From a virus (Duplodnaviria; Caudoviricetes), in the IMG/VR virus record IMGVR_UViG_3300021963_000130, positions 1-62,595 of that record: 62,595 nt of DNA. One strand, given 5' to 3'. This document shows, piece by piece, positions 25,248-34,222 of this stretch (its first letter is position 1; each line of letters starts with the position of its first letter). The notes below the pieces were generated by a model. It worked only from the letters and a program-made list of their open reading frames with translations, did not search any database and was not told the origin of the DNA. Position numbers and translations under genes: made by a program.

Positions 25248-25435
25248 AGAGCATAACTGAACTGAACAACCACTTGACTGACCTGTACACGGCACTCAAA
25301 AATGGCACGATTGATGTGAAGACAGCGGCGGAGATGAACAACACCGCAGGTAAGATCATCAACGTGCAGAAGGTGCAGCTTGAGTACGCCGAACTTCGGG
25401 ACGAGAAACCCAACATAAACTTTTTGGAGGGCTGA
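25244..25435 (+). CDS. Hypothetical protein
   Basis: AAGGAG RBS. Confidence 0.7.
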   Translation: MKSITELNNHLTDLYTALKNGTIDVKTAAEMNNTAGKIINVQKVQLEYAELRDEKPNINFLEG

Positions 25436-25884
25436 TGATGGAGGCAACTAAACAATGTTGCCGATGCTTGGAGACAAAGCCGCTTGCTGCATTCAATTTG
25501 AAACCGCAAGCGGCTTGCAAATCTTGTATAAATTTATATCAAGTTGTCTACCGCGAACGCAACCGTGAACTCATAAGAGAAAAAGCAAAAGCGTACAGCC
25601 GTGCAAAACAAGAAGAACGCCGTGAATACCTTACCACTTACAGAAACACCCACCGCAAAAAGTTAAACGCTAACCAGCGTGTGTACTCAAGTAGCGAAGA
25701 ACGAAAAATAAAAGACAAGGAGTATTTTGTAAAGCGAAATGAGTTGCTGACGGATGGGGATGTTCGTCACGCATTGAGCAGAGGCACAGGGCTTAAGAAA
25801 GAAGCTATTCCGCCTGAACTGGTTGAAGCCAAACGTTTACAAATAAAAATTAGGAGGGCATTATTAAATGGCATTAACACCTGA
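25435..25884 (+). CDS. Basic protein with N-terminal CxxC/CxxC zinc finger
   Basis: CCRC...CKSC; R/K-rich repeats. Confidence 0.65.
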   Translation: MMEATKQCCRCLETKPLAAFNLKPQAACKSCINLYQVVYRERNRELIREKAKAYSRAKQEERREYLTTYRNTHRKKLNANQRVYSSSEERKIKDKEYFVKRNELLTDGDVRHALSRGTGLKKEAIPPELVEAKRLQIKIRRALLNGINT

Positions 25885-26170
25885 AGCGAAAGTGAAGAAG
25901 AAGGTCAAGGAGATACTTGACCAGATGGGGGTGTACCATTTCTCACCTATGCAAAACGGCATGGGTAGGGCTGGCATACCTGACATCATTGGATGCCTTG
26001 ACGGGTGTTTCATCGCAATCGAATGCAAAGCAGGAAAGGGGAAGACAACGGCCTTGCAAGAACGTGAACTTAACCGGATACTGAACGCTGGGGGCTACTC
26101 CCTTGTCGTCAACGAAGAAAACATTAACCAACTATGGGAGATCAAAGAATGGATACAGAACAAAACTTAG
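25868..26170 (+). CDS. VRR-NUC domain nuclease (resolvase-like)
   Basis: GIPDII...IECK...T.LQ motif. Confidence 0.85.
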   Translation: MALTPEAKVKKKVKEILDQMGVYHFSPMQNGMGRAGIPDIIGCLDGCFIAIECKAGKGKTTALQERELNRILNAGGYSLVVNEENINQLWEIKEWIQNKT

Positions 26171-26418
26171 AAGCGCGACTGGCGCTGATGTCAGACGAAG
26201 AGAAGCAGCACTTCAAGATGGTGGTGCTGGAACTCATCCAGTGCTACGGGCATGATGCAAAGCAAGCGGTCATCCTGTTCCACGGCAGCGACAAGCTGGG
26301 CGGTATCGTCACGCTTAACTGCAACGAGATGGAGGCGGCAGAACTTATGCTGGAAGCCAACGATTTTTTCGGCTTCTTGAACGTTATTGGCGCACCCCCA
26401 AAGGAGGCATTTAATTGA
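26149..26418 (+). CDS. Hypothetical protein
   Basis: GGAG RBS before ATG 26149. Confidence 0.7.
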   Translation: MDTEQNLEARLALMSDEEKQHFKMVVLELIQCYGHDAKQAVILFHGSDKLGGIVTLNCNEMEAAELMLEANDFFGFLNVIGAPPKEAFN

Positions 26419-26455
26419 GCTATAATAGATTTTCCAATATACTGGGAAATCAAAA

Positions 26456-26929
26456 ATGAAAAAGTCACACGGCGAGGTAACGCTAGTGAACGGTAAGCGG
26501 GTGGCATCTCTTGAATACCGTTCATGGCAGATGATGAAAAACCGTTGCTTAAACCCAAAGGCAAAAGACTATGCGTACTACGGTGGGCGAGGCATAACCG
26601 TTTGTAAAAAATGGCGGGATTCTTTTGAATCTTTTTTAGCTGACATGGGGCGACGCACATCACCTTTACACACGCTTGATAGAAAGGACGTAAACAAAAA
26701 CTATACCCCCAGCAACTGCCGTTGGGCAACTCGGCAAGAGCAATCACGTAACCGCTCGTATGCGTCAGTCAAGGCATGGCTGTTGGCAGAACGTCTTGGG
26801 GTTAAAGTTTCAACAGCGCGGCACATGATTGGGCAAGTACGCGCAAAAGACAAAGGCGACACTAGCTGGTTCGAGTTGTCCGCATTACGTGAAGCAGAAG
26901 TTCGTAAATTTATAAAGGAGAAGAAATGA
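26456..26929 (+). CDS. HNH-type homing endonuclease
   Basis: YGGRGITVC...LDRKDVN..Y.P.NCRWAT..EQ..N. Confidence 0.85.
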   Translation: MKKSHGEVTLVNGKRVASLEYRSWQMMKNRCLNPKAKDYAYYGGRGITVCKKWRDSFESFLADMGRRTSPLHTLDRKDVNKNYTPSNCRWATRQEQSRNRSYASVKAWLLAERLGVKVSTARHMIGQVRAKDKGDTSWFELSALREAEVRKFIKEKK

Positions 26930-28893
26930 CAAAACCATTTGATCGGATATTAACGATTGATCTAGAGACTCGGTGGGACAAAAAAGAATATACGTTATCA
27001 AAGATGACGACAGAGGAGTACATACGTGACAAGAGATTCAAAGCATTTGGAGTATGCGTACATGAATTCGGAACCGATGATCCTATTGAATGGATTGGAG
27101 GAGATGGACTATCTGAATACTTTTCTGGAGTCGACTGGGGACGAACCGCAGTGCTTGCGCATAACGCACAGTTCGATGTCTCAATTATGGAATGGGTATA
27201 TGCCGCTAAACCCGCCTTCATCTTCGATACATTATCAATGGCACGAGCTTTACGTGGCGTGGAAGTTGGTAATTCCCTCGCCAAACTTGCAGCAGATTTT
27301 GGACTGCCTGCTAAAGGAACCGCTGTCAACAGCACAAACGGTTTACTACAGTTGGGACTGGACATTGAACAAGAACTTGCCGAGTACTGTGCGCATGACG
27401 TGTACCTGTGCGAAGAAATCTTCAAGCGACTCTCAGCAGGTTATCCCAAATCCGAACTGCGTCTGATAGACATGACGCTCAAGATGTACACACGACCACA
27501 GCTTGAGCTTGACAGCAAGATGCTCATCAAAGCATTAACAGAAGAAGGAGAACTACGTGAAGGATTACTTCAACGACTCGGCATACAAGAGGCTGAGCTT
27601 GCATCGAACCCGAAGTTTGCTGACGTACTTCAAAAACTCGGGGTTACTCCCCCGACTAAGGTCAGTAAAACTACCGGCAAAGAAGCGTTCGCTTTCGCCA
27701 AGAATGATGCCATGTTCCAAGCGTTGCTCAACAGTGAACGTGAAGATGTTGCCCTCCTTTGTGAAGCACGCCTTAAAGTTAAATCCACGACAGAACGAAC
27801 AAGGGCACAGCGATTTCTTGACATCAGTCAGCGCGGCAAACTACCGGTTCCGCTATCGTATTACGGTGCTCTCTCGGGCCGCTGGACGGCAGCAAAGGGT
27901 AGTGCCATCAACATGCAAAACCTCAAGCGCGGAAGTTTCTTACGCAAAGCAATTATGGCTCCCGATGGCTACCAACTCGTCGTCGGTGATCTTTCGCAAA
28001 TTGAGCCGCGAGTCCTCGCGTGGCTCGCAGACTATGCAGATATGCTTGACATCTTCCGCGCTGGTGGTGACCCTTATGCGGCATTCGGTAGCCAGATGTT
28101 CAACATACCCGATCTCACCAAAGAGTCTCACCCCGATCTCCGTCAATCGGCGAAGAGCGCACTGCTTGGCTGCGGCTATGGATTGGGTTGGGCTTCGTTC
28201 GCGTCGCAACTTCTCGTAGGGTTCCTTGGTGCGCCGCCGGTACGGTACGACAAAGCGTTTGCCAAGAAGCTGGGGGTCGATCAGGCGTACGCCGAACGCT
28301 TCCTTGACTGGGATGACAACGTGACCAAGATGCTGGAGATACCGCACACCTGTACACAGCAGGAGCTGTTGACCCACTGCCTTGCGGCTAAACGGATCAT
28401 CGACATCTACCGCGCCACTGCCCACCCCGTTACTACCTTCTGGGACATGTGCTCACAGCTTATCGAGGACAGTTTGTATGGGGGTAAGGTGTACCAGTAC
28501 AAGTGTTTGACATTCAGCAAGGAACGTATAGAATTACCAAACGGGATGAGCTTGCTCTACCCCGAACTCAGACGCACAAAAGATGACAAAGGTAGGAGCC
28601 AGTGGGTATACGGGCCAAACGCTACCAAGCTGTATGCAGGAAAGTTGACCAATAACGTTACGCAGGCCGTAGCGCGTATTGTCATGACCGATGGAATGTT
28701 GAGGGTATCGAAGAAGTACCCCGTGGTAGGCACAGTGCACGATGAACAGATCGTGTTGGTGCCTGATGCAGAAGTCGTTGAAGCCAAGCCTTGGGTCTTG
28801 GGCCAGATGACATTGGAGCCAAAGTACTTGCCGGGGATACCTCTGGCCGCTGACGGTGGTGCACACCGTAGATATGGAGAAGCAAAACAATGA
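26926..28893 (+). CDS. polA: Family A DNA polymerase with 3'-5' exonuclease
   Basis: ExoI DLET, ExoII HNAQFD, ExoIII YCAHD; motif A DLSQIEPR, motif B RQSAKSALLGCGYG, motif C VHDE. Confidence 0.95.
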   Translation: MTKPFDRILTIDLETRWDKKEYTLSKMTTEEYIRDKRFKAFGVCVHEFGTDDPIEWIGGDGLSEYFSGVDWGRTAVLAHNAQFDVSIMEWVYAAKPAFIFDTLSMARALRGVEVGNSLAKLAADFGLPAKGTAVNSTNGLLQLGLDIEQELAEYCAHDVYLCEEIFKRLSAGYPKSELRLIDMTLKMYTRPQLELDSKMLIKALTEEGELREGLLQRLGIQEAELASNPKFADVLQKLGVTPPTKVSKTTGKEAFAFAKNDAMFQALLNSEREDVALLCEARLKVKSTTERTRAQRFLDISQRGKLPVPLSYYGALSGRWTAAKGSAINMQNLKRGSFLRKAIMAPDGYQLVVGDLSQIEPRVLAWLADYADMLDIFRAGGDPYAAFGSQMFNIPDLTKESHPDLRQSAKSALLGCGYGLGWASFASQLLVGFLGAPPVRYDKAFAKKLGVDQAYAERFLDWDDNVTKMLEIPHTCTQQELLTHCLAAKRIIDIYRATAHPVTTFWDMCSQLIEDSLYGGKVYQYKCLTFSKERIELPNGMSLLYPELRRTKDDKGRSQWVYGPNATKLYAGKLTNNVTQAVARIVMTDGMLRVSKKYPVVGTVHDEQIVLVPDAEVVEAKPWVLGQMTLEPKYLPGIPLAADGGAHRRYGEAKQ

Positions 28894-29222
28894 CAACACT
28901 ACATGAAGGGCTTGCAATAGGCCACGCAAGGGCAAACGATGCGGCACTGCACGCAGGAGATAGCTGGGTCTCAACGGCTGTCGAGGCATTTAGGGCACAC
29001 GCGCTTACCAACCAGTGGTTTACAACAGAACAAGTTAGGCAAGCGTACCCCGATCTGCCTGAACCACCTGACAAACGTGCATGGGGCGCAGTGCCTCGGC
29101 TTGCACAGCGAGAAGGAATTGTCACGCCACATGGTTGGGTACGCGCCAGCAGCCCGACAGTGCACGGCATGGTAGTGACGCTGTGGAAATCAAGTACATA
29201 CAGAGGAGAAGCAAAACAATGA
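28890..29222 (+). CDS. Hypothetical protein
   Basis: GGAGAAGCA RBS; flanked by 18-bp direct repeat. Confidence 0.7.
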   Translation: MTTLHEGLAIGHARANDAALHAGDSWVSTAVEAFRAHALTNQWFTTEQVRQAYPDLPEPPDKRAWGAVPRLAQREGIVTPHGWVRASSPTVHGMVVTLWKSSTYRGEAKQ

Positions 29223-29539
29223 AGACAAAAATAAAAACACCGCTACCAAGCCGCATACGTGTGGGCGCTAAGCAGTACTCAATCGACATCGTGGAGACCA
29301 TGCTGCGCAAGCGGTGCATGGCGCGTATCTACTACGACCACAGCAAGATTGAGATCGGACAGTTCAGCAACGTGACAGGTAAGCAGTTCGATGACGACAA
29401 GGTGCAGGAGAACTTCTGGCATGAAGTAACGCATGCCATCCTGCACGACATGGGCGAGAACAGACTCAACGGCAACGAGAAGTTTGTGGTCGAGTTCTCA
29501 AAGCGTTTATCACAAGCAATCAAGTCTGCGAGGTTTTAA
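29219..29539 (+). CDS. Small zincin-like (HExxH) protein
   Basis: FWHEVTHAIL; GAGGAGAAGCA RBS before ATG 29219. Confidence 0.7.
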   Translation: MKTKIKTPLPSRIRVGAKQYSIDIVETMLRKRCMARIYYDHSKIEIGQFSNVTGKQFDDDKVQENFWHEVTHAILHDMGENRLNGNEKFVVEFSKRLSQAIKSARF

Positions 29540-29719
29540 ATGATAGTAGAAATTTTTGACGACGGTGAAGAGTTAACACCAAAAGAGAAAAAAATGATGG
29601 AAGCATTCATGCACGGCGGCATGCTCAAGTACAAATACACAAAAGACGGGCAGGTAGAACTGGATGTCATTCCAGTTCACGACCTTTATCCCGACGCGCC
29701 AAAGGATGACATTCAATGA
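29540..29719 (+). CDS. Small hypothetical protein (MIVEIFDDGEEL..., not in ORF track)
   Basis: GAGG RBS; fills gap, ATGA overlap with next gene. Confidence 0.55.
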   Translation: MIVEIFDDGEELTPKEKKMMEAFMHGGMLKYKYTKDGQVELDVIPVHDLYPDAPKDDIQ

Positions 29720-30381
29720 AACAAGTAACGTGGAGCCACAGTGCCCTGAAAGATTTTGAAGGATGCCCACGCAGGTATCACGAAGTCAAGGTGCTTAACA
29801 AATACCCGTTTCAGGAAACTGAGGCTACGCATTACGGCAAGGAGTTTCACACCGCTGCTGAACTGTATATCCGTGACGGCACACCACTGCCCAAGCAGTT
29901 CTCATACGCGCAGGAAGTTCTTGATGCACTGTTGGCCAAGCCGGGCAGGAAGCTGTGCGAGTACGAGATGGGCATCATGCCTGATCTTCAGCCGTGCAGT
30001 TTCAATGAGAAGAAACGCTGGGTGCGCGGTATTGCTGACTTGCTCATCATTGATGACGACAACCTGACCGCCACTGTCGTGGACTACAAGACGGGCAACA
30101 ACCGCTACCCTGACCTTGACCAGTTAAAGCTGATGTCGATGATGGTGTTCAAGCACTTCCCGCACATCCGCAGGGTCAAGTCAGCGTTGCTGTTCGTGGT
30201 CAAGAATGATATGGTTAAGTTCAGCATGGCGCTGGACGATGCCGATGCTGAGTGGTGGAAGTACCGCGAGCGTGTGGCTAAGTTAGAGCAGTGCTTTGAT
30301 ACAGGCGTGTGGAACCCGAAGTCCTCCGCGCTATGCCCGTGGTGCCCAGTTAAATCATGTGAGTACAACCCAAAACATTAG
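29716..30381 (+). CDS. Cas4/RecB-like PD-(D/E)XK exonuclease
   Basis: SHS...CP, RGIAD, DYKTG, CPWC...C cluster. Confidence 0.85.
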   Translation: MKQVTWSHSALKDFEGCPRRYHEVKVLNKYPFQETEATHYGKEFHTAAELYIRDGTPLPKQFSYAQEVLDALLAKPGRKLCEYEMGIMPDLQPCSFNEKKRWVRGIADLLIIDDDNLTATVVDYKTGNNRYPDLDQLKLMSMMVFKHFPHIRRVKSALLFVVKNDMVKFSMALDDADAEWWKYRERVAKLEQCFDTGVWNPKSSALCPWCPVKSCEYNPKH

Positions 30382-30390
30382 GAGTGAATC

Positions 30391-30633
30391 ATGGCAACAA
30401 AGAGAGTAAGAGATTACAAGGCGGAATACAAACGTGACTTGGAGACCGGTAAGTCCGGCCCCGGCTCCGACCAATCAGAGCGCCAGCGTGCGCGGCAGGC
30501 ATACGACAAGAAGGGCATTGACCGTGCTGGTAAAGACATTGACCACATCACACCGCTTCGCAAAGGCGGTAAGTCAACGACAGGTAATTTGAGACTACGT
30601 GCGAAGAAAGCCAATCAAGGCGACAACAAATAA
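30391..30633 (+). CDS. Minimal HNH endonuclease-like protein
   Basis: DIDHITPLRKGG....NL......N. Confidence 0.75.
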   Translation: MATKRVRDYKAEYKRDLETGKSGPGSDQSERQRARQAYDKKGIDRAGKDIDHITPLRKGGKSTTGNLRLRAKKANQGDNK

Positions 30634-30651
30634 AACAATCGGAGAAGCATT

Positions 30652-32211
30652 TTGGAAATCCTTGAAGACAAGGCACTAATATTCAGAACCAGAAACCCAG
30701 ACAAGTACAGCATCATTCCAAAGCACAAAGTCATTGAACGTGATGACGGTGGGTTCGATGTCGCTGTCTACTGGGGACTGGACGAATGCAGAGTGCTACG
30801 CAACCTCGGGGTGAAGGACGTACCTTCACCAATCACACGCCGCTATAAGTGGCCGGGCAGGTACAAGCCTATGCAGCATCAGATCGAGACGGCAGCGTTC
30901 TTGACGATGCACCGCAAAGCGTTTGTGTTCTCAGAACCCGGCACAGGTAAGACGCTTGCTGCACTGTGGGCGGCTGACTACCTGATAAGCATTAAACACG
31001 TACGCCGTGTTTTGATCTTGTGCCCACTATCCATCATGCAGTCTGCATGGCTGGCTGACCTGAGCAACAGTATCATCCATCGCTCTGCCATCGTCGCGCA
31101 CCACCCCCAAGCTAGTCGCAGGATTGAAATGATCCAGCAGGACTACGAGTTCGTCATCGCTAACTACGAAGGACTGAACCTAGTAGCTGATGAGATCAAC
31201 GCTGATGGGCGCTTTGATCTGGTGATCGTGGATGAAGCCAACGCATACAAGACGGTGACAACCAAACGCTGGAAGGCACTGAAGTCAATCATCAAGCCAA
31301 GCACGCACGTATGGATGATGACCGGTACTCCAGCATCGCAGTCGCCAGCAGATGCGTACGGCTTGGCCAAGATCGTGAACCCTGAAGGTGTGCCCAACTT
31401 CTACACGTCATGGCGCGACAAAGTGATGAACAAGATTACGCTGTACAAGTGGGCACCGAAAGCCAACGCAGCCGATCTGGTACACGAAGCACTGCAACCA
31501 GCGATACGGTTCAGTAAAGCGCAGTGCCTTGACTTGCCGCCCGTGCTGACCACAACACGCGAAGTACCACTGACACCACAACAAGCCAAGTACTACAACT
31601 TGTTGAAAGATCGTATGCTGGTGCAGGCCGCTGGCGAGACGATCAGCGCAGTCAACGCTGCCGCTGGTGTAAGTAAGCTCTTGCAGATCAGTTGCGGTGC
31701 TGTGTACACAGACGACAAAGAGGTTGTCGAGTTCGATGCTGGCCCACGGCTTGGCGTGCTGGAAGAAATACTGGATGAGACAGATCGCAAGGTAATCATC
31801 TTCGCGTTGTTTCGTTCAAGCATCGACACCATACAAACGCATCTGACAAAGAAGAACATCCCCAACGAGTGCATACACGGCGGCGTAGCTGCCAACAAAC
31901 GCGCTGACATCATTCACAGGTTCCAGCATGAAAAAGAACCAAGGGTGCTGGTGATGCAGCCACAAGCAACGGCACACGGGATTACCCTGACTGCTGCCGA
32001 CACGGTGGTGTTCTTTGGGCCGCTGATGAGCGTGGAGCAGTACATCCAGTGCATAGCAAGGGCTGACCGCAAGGGACAGAACTCAGACAAAGTTACTGTT
32101 ATTCACATCCAAGGCTCACCAATTGAAAAGAAAATGTTCAAAGCACTGGAAGGGAAAGTGAGCGATAACTTACTTTTGACCCAGATGTTTGAGATAGAAA
32201 TAAATTCTTGA
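30652..32211 (+). CDS. SNF2-family helicase
   Basis: PGTGKT, DEA, MTGTP, Q..AR..RKGQ. Confidence 0.9.
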   Translation: MEILEDKALIFRTRNPDKYSIIPKHKVIERDDGGFDVAVYWGLDECRVLRNLGVKDVPSPITRRYKWPGRYKPMQHQIETAAFLTMHRKAFVFSEPGTGKTLAALWAADYLISIKHVRRVLILCPLSIMQSAWLADLSNSIIHRSAIVAHHPQASRRIEMIQQDYEFVIANYEGLNLVADEINADGRFDLVIVDEANAYKTVTTKRWKALKSIIKPSTHVWMMTGTPASQSPADAYGLAKIVNPEGVPNFYTSWRDKVMNKITLYKWAPKANAADLVHEALQPAIRFSKAQCLDLPPVLTTTREVPLTPQQAKYYNLLKDRMLVQAAGETISAVNAAAGVSKLLQISCGAVYTDDKEVVEFDAGPRLGVLEEILDETDRKVIIFALFRSSIDTIQTHLTKKNIPNECIHGGVAANKRADIIHRFQHEKEPRVLVMQPQATAHGITLTAADTVVFFGPLMSVEQYIQCIARADRKGQNSDKVTVIHIQGSPIEKKMFKALEGKVSDNLLLTQMFEIEINS

Positions 32212-32217
32212 AAGGAG

Positions 32218-32260
32218 TTGCAAACCAGAATTTACTGTGTACACTGTCCAACCTTAGACA
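32218..32260 (+). promoter_or_regulatory. Promoter plus operator copy 3
   Basis: TTGCAA-N16-TACACT followed by TGTCCA-ACCT-TAGACA. Confidence 0.6.
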
Positions 32261-32279
32261 AACAAAACAGGAGAAGCAA

Positions 32280-32684
32280 ATGGACGAACAACAAGTCCCG
32301 TTCGATAAACTGGTGAAGGTCTACCGCAAGATGAAGCTGGAGATCGACACGCTGACACAAGAGTACGACACCAAGGTGGAGTTACTCAAAGCGCAACAAG
32401 ATGAAATCAAGTTCGCTATCAAAGACCAGATGAAGGCACTCGGTGTCTCATCTGTAAAGAGTCCCTTTGGGACGGTATCCATGATGACGAAGACGCGTTA
32501 CAACACGCAGGACTGGTCGTCGTTCAAGGAGTTCATCCTTGAGCACGGCGTAGTTGATCTGCTGGAGAAGCGCATCGCTCAAACCAACATGGCTACCTTC
32601 CTTGAAGAGAATCCGGGGGTTGTACCTCCGGGATTGAATTCAAACACTGAGTTTGAAATCCGTATCACCAAACCAACCAAGTGA
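32280..32684 (+). CDS. Replication-region coiled-coil protein (possibly Gam/Gp157-like)
   Basis: AGGAGAAGCA RBS before ATG 32280; coiled N-terminus. Confidence 0.6.
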   Translation: MDEQQVPFDKLVKVYRKMKLEIDTLTQEYDTKVELLKAQQDEIKFAIKDQMKALGVSSVKSPFGTVSMMTKTRYNTQDWSSFKEFILEHGVVDLLEKRIAQTNMATFLEENPGVVPPGLNSNTEFEIRITKPTK

Positions 32685-32691
32685 GTTTTAT

Positions 32692-33666
32692 ATGTCAAAC
32701 ATAACGCTTTTTTCCCCCTCAAACGTACCTGCATTCGCTCGTAACAACGAACTGTCCGACACAGCCAAAGCCCTCACAGGCGGCGGTGTATCCAACACCA
32801 AGCGCATCTCTATCAAAGGCGGCGTGTTCCGTCTGGTAGCTGGTGGCAAGGAAGTTGCCGCGATTGATGACCGCCATCTGGAGATCATCATTGTGAAAGC
32901 TGCCCCCAAGGTCAGCCGCATCTTCTACATTGCCAAGTACGATGCCGACAACATCACCGGCCCTGACTGCTGGAGCAACGATGGCGAACGCCCTGACGCT
33001 TCTGCACAGAACAAGCAAGCCGACACCTGCATGAGCTGCCCACAAAACATTGCGGGTTCTGGTCAGAACAACAGTCGTGCTTGCCGCTACCAACAGCGCC
33101 TTGCTGTTGTGCTGGCCAACAACCCATCAGGGGATGTGATGCAGTTGACCCTGCCAGCCACTTCGGTGTTCGGTAAGGAAGAAGGTGATAAGCGTCCGTT
33201 ACAAGCCTATGCACGCTACTTGGCGGTGCAGAACCCTCCGGTCAATCCTGAGCAGATCGTCACTGAGATGCGCTTCGATACCAAGGCCGAGTCTCCCAAG
33301 CTGTTCTTCAAACCTACACGCTGGTTGACTGACGACGAGTACGAGATCATCAAGGAGCAAGCCGAGTCCGATGATGCCAAGCGTGCTGTTGTTATGACCG
33401 TGGCGCAGAGCGATGGTGTGAAGACCAACGCTCCCAAGATGGATATTCCCGGCAAGCCTGTCAAAGCAGCAACAGCGCCTGTTGTTGACGAAGATGCAGC
33501 AGAGGAAGTACCGGCCAAGCCTGCCGCAAAGAAAGCCAAAGCCGAACCTGTGGCCGAGGACGATGGTGCTGAACCTGAAGTTCGCAAGGAAGCTGCCAAG
33601 GGTTCTGCCGTGCCTGCCAAGAAGGGCAAGCTGGCTGATCTGGTGTCCGATTGGGACGATGAATAA
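32692..33666 (+). CDS. Putative ssDNA-binding/annealing protein
   Basis: PDCWS, CxxCP, ACR motifs; low-complexity linker and acidic aromatic tail DWDDE. Confidence 0.6.
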   Translation: MSNITLFSPSNVPAFARNNELSDTAKALTGGGVSNTKRISIKGGVFRLVAGGKEVAAIDDRHLEIIIVKAAPKVSRIFYIAKYDADNITGPDCWSNDGERPDASAQNKQADTCMSCPQNIAGSGQNNSRACRYQQRLAVVLANNPSGDVMQLTLPATSVFGKEEGDKRPLQAYARYLAVQNPPVNPEQIVTEMRFDTKAESPKLFFKPTRWLTDDEYEIIKEQAESDDAKRAVVMTVAQSDGVKTNAPKMDIPGKPVKAATAPVVDEDAAEEVPAKPAAKKAKAEPVAEDDGAEPEVRKEAAKGSAVPAKKGKLADLVSDWDDE

Positions 33667-33678
33667 ATAAGGAGTTTC

Positions 33679-33754
33679 GGGGGGAAAGCGGATGCTGTGG
33701 TTTAAAACAATTGAGTCTTGAACCCATGCGGCCCACAGTGCAGCGAGTACCCCC
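33679..33754 (+). ncRNA. Candidate structured RNA hairpin with GAA/AGUA internal loop
   Basis: GGGGG/CCCCC, GC/GC, UGC/GCA, UGUGG/CCACA stems. Confidence 0.5.
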
Positions 33755-33765
33755 ACCCAAACAAT

Positions 33766-34044
33766 ATGGCCTACTCACAAAAAACAATCGACGCAATCAT
33801 GCGTGCACCAAAAACCCCGGGCAATCAGCTTGGGCGCTGGGCAGTGCATCTCAACTTTTCAGTTGTGCGTATTGCAAAAGCATTGGGCGTGTCACGGCAG
33901 ACTGTTTACAACTGGTTTGAAGGCGGTGAAATTTTTGTTGCCTACGAACACCGAGTTGAAACAATGCTCACGTTCTTGAAGAATTCCAAAACAGCAGATG
34001 AAGCATGGAGAAAAATATGTCAACACTACGACCTCGCACCCTGA
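33766..34044 (+). CDS. Cro/Xre-like helix-turn-helix regulator
   Basis: SVVRIAKALGVSRQTVYNWFEG. Confidence 0.8.
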   Translation: MAYSQKTIDAIMRAPKTPGNQLGRWAVHLNFSVVRIAKALGVSRQTVYNWFEGGEIFVAYEHRVETMLTFLKNSKTADEAWRKICQHYDLAP

Positions 34045-34205
34045 GCAACACAGAACTCATCAAGTACTTCGCCATGTACGTTGATGACAATCCTGAAGGC
34101 GCACCCATTGACTGGCAGATCGAATTGCTGCGCCGCTTCACTGCCGTAGCCCCAGAGAAAGAGTTCCCTCTGCACGACGAACGCCAGCTCGACCTGTTTA
34201 AATAA
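34017..34205 (+). CDS. Hypothetical protein ending QLDLFK
   Basis: GGAG RBS; beta-clamp-binding-like tail. Confidence 0.65.
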   Translation: MSTLRPRTLSNTELIKYFAMYVDDNPEGAPIDWQIELLRRFTAVAPEKEFPLHDERQLDLFK

Positions 34206-34222
34206 CCCAACCGAGGATACAC

